Assembly: GCA_964001325.1 (NCBI GenBank)
Contig: CAXFCR010000002.1
Coordinates: 1-56,784 of the forward strand
DNA: 56,784 nt
Reading direction: 5' to 3'
From: an uncultured Gammaproteobacteria bacterium
Lineage (GTDB): Bacteria > Pseudomonadota > Gammaproteobacteria > Enterobacterales > UBA3532
In this document: positions 36,021-43,156 of the stretch, one piece after another
Numbering within the stretch: position 1 is the first letter of the stretch
How the letters are laid out: each line of letters begins with the position of its first letter
Notes under the pieces: model-generated
The model's input: the letters and a program-made list of their open reading frames with translations, nothing else
What the model was told of the DNA's origin: nothing
Databases searched by the model: none
Position numbers and translations under genes: made by a program

Positions 36021-36773
36021 TTATAGGTCGAAATTCAGTCCGTAAGAAACAACGAATTTAAGGTCTTCGTCAACACCAGCTTCTTCATCGCTATCAATAA
36101 CCTGACTCAAAGTGAAGCTCAAGTTGTCGTTATACGCGTAGCCTAGATCCAAGTGAGCAAAGTCGCTATCCCAATCTTGGCCTGATGGGTCTTCAAAGTC
36201 GTGGTAACCCAAAGTAGCAGAGAAAGCGCCGAATCCACCGCCTAGTGTGTAATACTCATAACCAGAATCTCCAGCTATATTGTCATAGTACGAGAAGGAA
36301 ACAGGTCCATACCCAAGAGTTACGATTACCTCAGATAATCCACCAAAATCATCTAACGAATTATCTGCAGAAACATAGACTTCTTCTCCTTCATCATCCA
36401 GTACAACATTTCCATCGTCGTCGACAAGTACTTCAGTTTCAGGGCTAGACGGATACAGGTAATTCCATACGCTTACATCGAAAGAAAAGTCACCGAACTC
36501 TTTACCGTAACCAACAAACAAATCGTACTCTTGTCCATTGGAGTCGTCGCCAGAAGATCCCCAAACACCAGCATAAGCACCGCCAGCACTAACAACGATA
36601 TCACCAGAAACGGCTGGTGAACCATTACTTAAATCCACACCACGCCACAAATACATATTTGCAACAGCAGCAGACCCTGCCACTTTAACTTCTGCAGCAG
36701 CAGTTGAAGATACACTAGCAGCGCCTAAAGTTACTGCACCCAAGATAGCAAGATTTAATGCTTTCAATTTCAT
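36021..36773 (-). CDS. TIGR02001-type (Gcw_chp) outer-membrane beta-barrel protein
   Basis: 250 aa with a signal peptide (…SSTAAA|EV). NMYLWRGVDLSNGSPAVSGD is the family hallmark. The sequence has alternating beta-strand pattern and a C-terminal ...YGLNFDL. An acidic loop LVDDDGNVVLDDEGEE is inserted. Confidence 0.7.
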   Translation of the reverse strand: MKLKALNLAILGAVTLGAASVSSTAAAEVKVAGSAAVANMYLWRGVDLSNGSPAVSGDIVVSAGGAYAGVWGSSGDDSNGQEYDLFVGYGKEFGDFSFDVSVWNYLYPSSPETEVLVDDDGNVVLDDEGEEVYVSADNSLDDFGGLSEVIVTLGYGPVSFSYYDNIAGDSGYEYYTLGGGFGAFSATLGYHDFEDPSGQDWDSDFAHLDLGYAYNDNLSFTLSQVIDSDEEAGVDEDLKFVVSYGLNFDL

Positions 36774-36840
36774 TTAAAATATCCCCTAGATAAATAAAAT
36801 TCTCGAATTTGAGAGTAATTAATAACTCAAGCACCATAAA

Positions 36841-36855
36841 GCAACCTCGATGCCA
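36841..36855 (-). promoter_or_regulatory. Sigma54 (-24/-12) promoter TGGCATcgaggTTGC for the outer-membrane protein gene
   Basis: The minus strand reads TTGGCATCGAGGTTGCTTT, a near-consensus match in the correct register, about 68 nt upstream of the ATG. NtrC-type half-sites are TGCACCA at 36940-36946, GCACCA at 36961-36966 and TGGTGCA at 36983-36989, 90-150 bp further upstream. Confidence 0.6.
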
Positions 36856-37156
36856 ATATTTAAATAAACATTTATATCAGACACTTAACAAGTACACTGT
36901 CCTAAACTGGAGCGAAGATGATCATTCGATGACATTATATGCACCAGATAAATCCATTACGCACCATAAGTAATCACTTGATTGGTGCACTGACTCGGGA
37001 TGGGGCAAAACGTTGATGAAATACAGCCTGGCTCTAAAAAGAGCTATCAGGATCGGAGAAACAAAGAAGGATTTTATGGATATGCTGTGCAAACCCTTGG
37101 AGTATATTATAAGGCGAAAGAGAGTGTTGCACAGCGAACTGATAAAAAAGCTACTT

Positions 37157-37642
37157 TCAGGCGGCGACAACCGCCTCAGTGTAATGCTTATAGCTTTTGA
37201 CAAAGCCCGTCATCGAGCCTTTTTGAATACTGGGAAAGTGTTGCTGCCAAAATTGGGCGAGCTCTTCGACAACCATGGTCTCAACCATCGCCAAGCCGTA
37301 ATGCTTATACACAAACCAGGCAATAGCGGTAGCGTAAGCCAGGTTAGTTGTCAGCTCACGGTGCGGATCGGTCAAAAAGTGACGTTGTGAGGCTAATCCG
37401 CGCACACGGCTAGCTAAATCTGGGTCATAGGATAGGTAGTTGTCCCAAACATCCTGATGAACTTCCGCAGATATTTGATACATGCCGTGCCCCTGTCGAC
37501 ATGGAGGGATAGCAAACCCTAACCCCGACTCATGGATGGCGGTCGCTAGCAACAAAGCTGCAGCGCCCGAATCCCGAATATCTAAGTCGGTTAAGGTTGG
37601 CAAAATCACAGACTCTCTGAACAAATGCGCTGGAATACTCAT
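37157..37642 (-). CDS. Lysozyme-like/SLT-domain-like small protein without signal peptide
   Basis: 161 aa. LLLATAIHESGLGF....GHGMYQI resembles the E-S...G-(L/M)-(M/Y)-Q-I catalytic region of lytic transglycosylases. There is no N-terminal signal sequence. It is flanked by AT-rich non-coding DNA. Confidence 0.5.
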   Translation of the reverse strand: MSIPAHLFRESVILPTLTDLDIRDSGAAALLLATAIHESGLGFAIPPCRQGHGMYQISAEVHQDVWDNYLSYDPDLASRVRGLASQRHFLTDPHRELTTNLAYATAIAWFVYKHYGLAMVETMVVEELAQFWQQHFPSIQKGSMTGFVKSYKHYTEAVVAA

Positions 37643-37971
37643 CGCGCACCTCCTACGTCAAAATAACAACTCAGCACAATATTCTATGCACATAACCTGC
37701 CAAATGGCCTTGCTAAATCTGCCAAGTAGCTTTGCTACAAGAATGTGTGCCTGCCGGTGTTATCTAGGTTATCGGATACAACACAAAATACTTTACCCCC
37801 CGCCCACAAGTAAGGGAGGTGCTATCTATCCGAAAAACAACAAATTAGCGATGCCACCTATAAAGTATTAGCCGGTGCCATCACGCCCGTCAAACATTTA
37901 TTCAAATTTAATGGCGCGAGTCTACCATCAAAACGTGCATTTTTTAATCATTTTCTGAAACAATTTTGTTC

Positions 37972-38029
37972 TATACCCAAACGATTTCAAGATGCTTGAT
38001 TTGGCGCAAAGCAGCTTTCTGACAATCAG
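37972..38029. repeat. Family B remnant (solo left terminal repeat plus fragment)
   Basis: TATACCCAAACGATTTCAAGATGCTTGATT matches 18040-18069 at 29/30. The downstream GCAGCTTTCTGAC resembles 18153-18165. No right terminal repeat is present. Confidence 0.75.
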
Positions 38030-38067
38030 TAACAATGCTTTTTCGTATTTAAGTCTAACCTAATGTC

Positions 38068-38526
38068 ATGCAAAATCTCCTTCTTACTCCTGTACAACAT
38101 GTAATCAAGTATACTCCAGAGCTAGCTCTGACGACGCCAGTCAGCATACTAATGAATAAACTTTGCGACTCTATAGAGGTTGACTGGCGGCTATTCGAGG
38201 GTAAAACCATCGAGCTGTACGTCATCGACGTCAACAAGCGCCTTCAGTGGCACTGCCGTAATCAGCGGTTTCATCCATGTATAAGCCGTCAAAAAGCAGA
38301 TGCCCGTATTGCCGGTAATTTAAATACTTTTGTCGTACTGATACAGCAGAGTGTTGATAGCGACACATTGTTTTTTGAGCGCAAGCTACAAATGGAAGGC
38401 AATACCGAGGTGGGGCTAGCTATGAGAAATATGCTAGATGCTATTGATTGGGATGAACAGCCGCCGATTATTGCCGTGCCTAAGCGTCTCTTTGATAGCG
38501 CCTTAGCTCGAAGCTTGAGCTCTTAA
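38068..38526 (+). CDS. ubiT: SCP2 domain protein (ubiquinone biosynthesis accessory factor UbiT/YhbT-like)
   Basis: 152 aa. SDTLFFERKLQMEGNTEVGLAMRNMLDAI is the SCP2 lipid-binding C-terminal motif seen in YhbT/UbiT. Confidence 0.6.
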   Translation: MQNLLLTPVQHVIKYTPELALTTPVSILMNKLCDSIEVDWRLFEGKTIELYVIDVNKRLQWHCRNQRFHPCISRQKADARIAGNLNTFVVLIQQSVDSDTLFFERKLQMEGNTEVGLAMRNMLDAIDWDEQPPIIAVPKRLFDSALARSLSS

Positions 38527-39516
38527 GTTGACGTATCGGGCGTACTGCTCTGATTGGGCCAACAAGCCAAATAGCCCTCCGGTATGGATAAACACAATAT
38601 TTTTGGCAGTGATCGCGTCCTCTTCCAGCAGCTTGAGTAACCCGCTAAATGCCTTACCTGTATATACAGGGTCAAGAAAAATACCTTCGGCTTGTGCCAG
38701 ACGACAAATAACTTGCCACACGTCTGGCGAAGCCTTGCCATAGCCTTCCCCAATAAAGGTATCATTGATAAGAAAGTTGCTCGACGAGCCTTGCACTTCG
38801 TATCCATAGCGTTGATTAAAAGCCGTGACATCTTCGCTATATCGCTGACGAAAATACGCCTCGTTATCGCACACCGCAATCCCCAAAACGGGTACACCCT
38901 GCTCAGCCAACGCCCCTCCAACCACCAGTCCTGCATGAGTCCCACCAGAACCAGTAGCGCAAACGAGCAAGTCAGGCTTAAAACCCTTTTCCTCGCACTG
39001 CCCTAGTATTTCAGTATATGCCGATACGTATCCCCATAGTCCAATTTCATTACTGGCCCCAGTAGGGATGACGTATGCTTTCTTGTTTTCCCTGGCGTAG
39101 TGACTGACTAGCTCGGCAAATCCAGAGTCTCGTAGAGCACGATAATCACGCCAGTTACAATAGGAAATAGCGGCCCCAGCCAAATGCTCAAGCATCAGGT
39201 TACCTTGCGAAACTTGAGGTTTCCGGCCATGCAATACCAAGTGCACCTCAAATCCAAGCTGCCTCGCGAGAATAGCGGTTGCTCGGCAGTGATTAGACTG
39301 GAGATCGCCACAAGTAATTAGCACATCCGCTTTACAAGCCTTGGCATCTGAAAGCACATATGCCATTTTACGCAGCTTATTACCAGATAGGGCTGTACCA
39401 GTGAGATCATCGCGCTTTATCCAAAGGCGCGACTCAGAGCCAACGCCAAGCTTGCTCGTCTCTATCGATTGAAGCGGAGTAGGTGAACCTAATAGTGGGA
39501 GCTGGGCAGGATGCAT
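38503..39516 (-). CDS. PLP-dependent D-cysteine desulfhydrase/ACC deaminase family protein
   Basis: TPLQSI...IKRDDLTGTALSGNKLRKMAYVL (PLP-Lys motif), GSGGTHAGL and IHTGG. ATG 39516 is preferred over TTG 39522. The 3' end overlaps ubiT by 24 nt (convergent). Confidence 0.75.
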   Translation of the reverse strand: MHPAQLPLLGSPTPLQSIETSKLGVGSESRLWIKRDDLTGTALSGNKLRKMAYVLSDAKACKADVLITCGDLQSNHCRATAILARQLGFEVHLVLHGRKPQVSQGNLMLEHLAGAAISYCNWRDYRALRDSGFAELVSHYARENKKAYVIPTGASNEIGLWGYVSAYTEILGQCEEKGFKPDLLVCATGSGGTHAGLVVGGALAEQGVPVLGIAVCDNEAYFRQRYSEDVTAFNQRYGYEVQGSSSNFLINDTFIGEGYGKASPDVWQVICRLAQAEGIFLDPVYTGKAFSGLLKLLEEDAITAKNIVFIHTGGLFGLLAQSEQYARYVNLRAQASS

Positions 39517-39526
39517 CGGCAAAGAA

Positions 39527-39547
39527 AAAGGCCGCTATGCGGCCTTT
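39527..39547 (-). terminator. Hairpin + U-run after the 170-aa membrane protein gene
   Basis: On the minus strand: AAAGGCCGC-ata-GCGGCCTTT followed by TTCTTT. It ends only about 10 nt before the dcyD-like start. Confidence 0.55.
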
Positions 39548-39587
39548 CTATATTCAAATAGGGCTTGATTCAAATGGGCTTGTTGTC

Positions 39588-40100
39588 TCATTTGATGTTA
39601 TCAGACTTGCGGTTAAGCAACGCATGTGGAACAAAAGCACTGATGGAAATGATTAACAAGGCTTCAAACCACCAGAAAAAATAAAGCGCGTTGCCCGTTG
39701 GAACATAACCAAAGAGCGACCAGTTGCCAGCATGAGAAAGGAAGATTGCCTGCTGCGCCACATAGGTCGGAGCGAAACTCATTGTGTCGGTAATGTAGCC
39801 GATACCCAAGGCCCAGGAAGCATACCACCCCAAAATACCGCAAAAGCTACCGACCGCAAACTGCATGGTAGGGCTATGGGCTTTAGCTATTCGGCCTGCA
39901 CTGGCAATACCATGCGCAATGCCTATACCGAAAAAAGCACAGAATACGGGATTCAGGTATACAAATGGCATAAACTCAATAGCGAATGCGTATATATATG
40001 CGCCAGCAAGTGCTACAACTGACCCAAACAATAGCATCAAGGCATCTGCCTTAATTTCTGGTTTGTCTGGGTGAAACCAATGCTGAACATGTACTGTCAT
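39588..40100 (-). CDS. Integral membrane protein of unknown function (~5 TM)
   Basis: 170-aa hydrophobic ORF (…LMLLFGSVVALAGAYIYAFAIEF…FFWWFEALLIISISAF…). I recognise no family. Confidence 0.55.
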   Translation of the reverse strand: MTVHVQHWFHPDKPEIKADALMLLFGSVVALAGAYIYAFAIEFMPFVYLNPVFCAFFGIGIAHGIASAGRIAKAHSPTMQFAVGSFCGILGWYASWALGIGYITDTMSFAPTYVAQQAIFLSHAGNWSLFGYVPTGNALYFFWWFEALLIISISAFVPHALLNRKSDNIK

Positions 40101-40292
40101 GGCAACTCCTACCTTGAACTTGCAACGATTAACTAAAAATGGCTACAGCCAATATTTTTTCACCATACCACAGAATTTTTTTGCAATACCCCAAATTTTT
40201 TTGATACAGGACAAAGTTCTGTTTATTTCGCGTGCAATCAGCCTTACCATCTAATACAAAAACTATTTCAAATACTCCCAGATATAAAGTAT

Positions 40293-40694
40293 TTAGCCTT
40301 TCCAGCCTGCTATGGGAGGGTGATAAATCATTTGTACAGTAATGCCGTCAGGATCTTTGCAATAAAAACTGCGAGCACCATCACGGTGGGTCTTAGGCTC
40401 AGTAATCATCGTCACTCCATTCGCCTTGAGGTGGGCATACCAAGCATCCACTTGCTCCATGGTATCCAGAATATAGCCAATATGATCAAGACGTTGATCT
40501 TGAGCCTGAAAATTCGGCGGCGCGCGATGTAGGGCCAGGTTATCATTGCCAGACGTCAAATAAACATTATCTTCATCAGGACGCCATTCGACCTCCATCC
40601 CAATCAGATCGACATAAAATGCCTCAGACTTCGCCAAGTCTGCAACAAAGAGCGCAACATGGCGCAATCCAGCAACAGGTAGTCTTTTCGTCAT
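40293..40694 (-). CDS. VOC (glyoxalase/bleomycin-resistance/dioxygenase) family protein
   Basis: 133 aa with LRHVALFVADLAKSEAFY...G and ...LDHIGY...HL...G, the paired beta-alpha-beta-beta-beta modules typical of VOC proteins. Confidence 0.75.
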   Translation of the reverse strand: MTKRLPVAGLRHVALFVADLAKSEAFYVDLIGMEVEWRPDEDNVYLTSGNDNLALHRAPPNFQAQDQRLDHIGYILDTMEQVDAWYAHLKANGVTMITEPKTHRDGARSFYCKDPDGITVQMIYHPPIAGWKG

Positions 40695-40696
40695 TA

Positions 40697-41113
40697 TTAC
40701 CCCTCAATGATTTCGTAACTATGAGTAACCTCTGCGCTTTTGCCCAACATAATTGAAGCCGAGCAATACTTGGTTGATGAAAGCTCTACCGCACGCTTTA
40801 CCTGAGCTTCTTTTAGGGCTTTGCCAGTGACAATGTAGTGAACATGTATTTTGGTAAATACGGCGGGAACCGCGTCTGCTCTTTCCCCGTCTACCTCTAC
40901 AATGCAATCAGATATTTCCTGACGCCCCTTTTCCAACATCATTTTAACATCAACGGCTGTACAACCGCCCAGCCCAAGAAGGAGCATCTCCATCGGCCTG
41001 AATCCAGTATCTCGTCCACCACGTTCTTTTCCACCGTCGATCACTACTCCGTGGCCAGTTCCTGCCTCGCCAACAAAGTTCATACCTTCAACCCATTTAA
41101 TTCTCGCTTTCAT
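40697..41113 (-). CDS. OsmC/Ohr-family peroxiredoxin-like protein
   Basis: ATG 41113 with GGAGG 7 nt upstream. PMEMLLLGLGGCTAVDV and STKYCSAS contain the two conserved Cys regions of OsmC. Confidence 0.8.
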   Translation of the reverse strand: MKARIKWVEGMNFVGEAGTGHGVVIDGGKERGGRDTGFRPMEMLLLGLGGCTAVDVKMMLEKGRQEISDCIVEVDGERADAVPAVFTKIHVHYIVTGKALKEAQVKRAVELSSTKYCSASIMLGKSAEVTHSYEIIEG

Positions 41114-41233
41114 ATATAACCTCCCCAAAAGAGAGAAATGTAACATAGCAATTCATTAACAAGCTAACTTTATGACCGAGATTGTTCTATAGTATGCTAA
41201 TAAAAGAAGAACTAGACCTTGGAGCAACACGGA

Positions 41234-41866
41234 ATGAGTCACCTACTGCCTCACCAAATCGATCCGATTATTGAACAGTTTATTAGCCATTGCCACCGCC
41301 GCAAGTATCCAGCTAAAAGCTCAATTATTTATCAAGGTGACAAATCTGATGTACTTTATTTCATAACAGAAGGATCAGTTTCGGTTTTGATCGAAGACGA
41401 AGATGGCCGCGAAATGGTATTGGCTTACCTGAATGCGGGAGATTTCTTTGGAGAACTAGGGCTGTTTGACGAAAGTAACCGGTCAGCCTGGGTACGAGCT
41501 CGCACTGCTTGCGAGATAGCCGAAATGAGTTATACCCGATTTAGGCAGTTTGTCGCTGAAGCACCGGACATTTTATTCAAGCTTTCTGGTCAGATGGCTG
41601 TTCGTTTGAAAAACACCAGTCGAAAAGTTGGCGATCTAGCCTTTCTGGACGTTACGGGTCGTGTGGCGCGCACCCTACTCGATTTAAGCAAAGAACCCGA
41701 CGCTATGACCCACCCAGACGGAATGCAAATAAAAATCACTCGTCAAGAGCTGGGACGCATTGTGGGCTGCTCTCGAGAAATGGTTGGCCGCGTACTGAAG
41801 GAGCTGGAGGAAAAGGGACTGATTCAGGTTTCAGGCAAGACCATGGTCATCCATAACACACGATAA
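41234..41866 (+). CDS. crp: cAMP receptor protein Crp/Vfr
   Basis: Alignable almost throughout with P. aeruginosa Vfr (…[18 protein letters not shown]…[10 protein letters not shown]…RSAWVRA…[19 protein letters not shown]…[35 protein letters not shown]…). Confidence 0.92.
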   Translation: MSHLLPHQIDPIIEQFISHCHRRKYPAKSSIIYQGDKSDVLYFITEGSVSVLIEDEDGREMVLAYLNAGDFFGELGLFDESNRSAWVRARTACEIAEMSYTRFRQFVAEAPDILFKLSGQMAVRLKNTSRKVGDLAFLDVTGRVARTLLDLSKEPDAMTHPDGMQIKITRQELGRIVGCSREMVGRVLKELEEKGLIQVSGKTMVIHNTR

Positions 41867-42165
41867 ATACGGGCTAAGGCTTGCAACAAAGTGCAAAATA
41901 ATTTTATACTCAACGTTGCGCTCGCAGATTAGTCGCCTTGCTTTGGGTTTAAGTGTGCTAAGTGACTGATAGCAAAGGGCCTCGGAGCTAAATCGCCATC
42001 TAGCCAACCCGGTTTCTGCTTGTGTAACTGTCGTGTAATTGACATATTTCTTAATCAAAGAAAGGATTTTTGCATGGAGCAGTCGCAATTTTCGAACAGA
42101 AGGGTTGCAAAAGTTGTCGACCGAGCTAGAGTATAGATTGATTTTTTTACCACCAAGGAAATGAA

Positions 42166-42831
42166 ATGATGTTACCAAGTAAACACATACAAAAAACCGC
42201 TCTTGCTGTTGCATTGTCTGTAAGCTTGTTCGCCTGTGGCGGCAGCGACAATGATGATGATGGTCCAGCAGTACAAACCACACAATCCGTTACTGTTGAT
42301 GCAGCAGGCTTCGCAGATGGCGAGACTATCTCTGTAAACGGCACTAGTGCAGTTATCGCTCCAGATACAAAAATCTTTGTTGCAGATGAAGATGGCAATG
42401 ATGTTGAGATTGATGCAGCTACTATCGAAAGCGTTGCTGTCACTGTAGACGTCGCAACCAATAGCGCTTCAGGTACTTCAGACGAAGCTGGAATCCAAAC
42501 AGCCATCAACGAAGCCATCGATGAAGCAGACGCTGATGCTTCGTTGACATACGACTCTGTTGTTAACGTTGTTGCTACTGTCACTGCAGGTGGTGTCCCT
42601 CAAACAGTCACTACACTTGAGCCACCAGTAACTGTAACAGTTCCTTTTGAAACTCAAGCAGCGCTTAAGTTGAAAGCTGGTTGCGGATCTTATAAGGTTA
42701 TCAATGCAGCCGGACAAGAAATGCCCTTTGAGACTGAAGCCGCAGCTCTTAAGTTTACTGCAAACAAAAGCGGTAAATTCAAAGTATTCGGTGTTAACTG
42801 TCCATCAGCTGGTGAAGGTGAGTCTAACTAA
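42166..42831 (+). CDS. Acidic Ala/Thr/Val/Asp-rich lipoprotein of unknown function
   Basis: Lipobox LSVSLFA|CGG after a basic n-region. AAGGAA is the SD. A strong terminator follows. Confidence 0.65.
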   Translation: MMLPSKHIQKTALAVALSVSLFACGGSDNDDDGPAVQTTQSVTVDAAGFADGETISVNGTSAVIAPDTKIFVADEDGNDVEIDAATIESVAVTVDVATNSASGTSDEAGIQTAINEAIDEADADASLTYDSVVNVVATVTAGGVPQTVTTLEPPVTVTVPFETQAALKLKAGCGSYKVINAAGQEMPFETEAAALKFTANKSGKFKVFGVNCPSAGEGESN

Positions 42832-42866
42832 GCCAACTAAAGCTTGGTCATACCATCTGACAGTAT

Positions 42867-42898
42867 GAAAAAGGCCTGCATATCGCAGGCCTTTTTTA
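42867..42898. terminator. Bidirectional rho-independent terminator
   Basis: AAAAAGGCCTGC-atat-GCAGGCCTTTTTT, 35 nt after the lipoprotein stop. Confidence 0.85.
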
Positions 42899-43086
42899 TT
42901 TGTAACTAACACTTCCTATTCCCCCCTTTATTTGTCTCCTCAGTAATTCACTGCTTGAGCTAGCGGTTAACCTACCCCCTTGGAAAAATCGATAACATTA
43001 CTTGTCGAAAGCACCCCGGTTGCAGTCTGAATCAGCCCCTCCTGAGCACTTCCGGCAATCCACACCTCTATCCGCAAACGAAAAAA

Positions 43087-43121
43087 AGCCAACCGAGCAA
43101 TGTTACGCGGTTGGCTTTTTT
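43087..43121. terminator. Bidirectional rho-independent terminator downstream of the alpha-amylase gene
   Basis: AAAAAAAGCCAACCG-(12-nt loop)-CGGTTGGCTTTTTT, a 9-bp stem with A- and T-runs on either side. Confidence 0.8.
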
Positions 43122-43156
43122 CAAAGTTAGCCTATCGACTAACAGCTACTTATGGA

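Noticed and set aside
36939-36949. ATGCACCAGAT 11-mer shared between the OMP upstream region and 19656-19666, upstream of the GH13_18 gene
   Set aside because: With about 3e9 position pairs in the window on both strands, hundreds of 11-mer coincidences are expected by chance. It is not evidence of a shared regulator on its own.
37013-37390. 125-aa plus-strand ORF overlapping the SLT-like gene
   Set aside because: The minus-strand frame carries a recognisable lysozyme-like motif. The plus-strand ORF has no motif and begins in AT-rich non-coding DNA.
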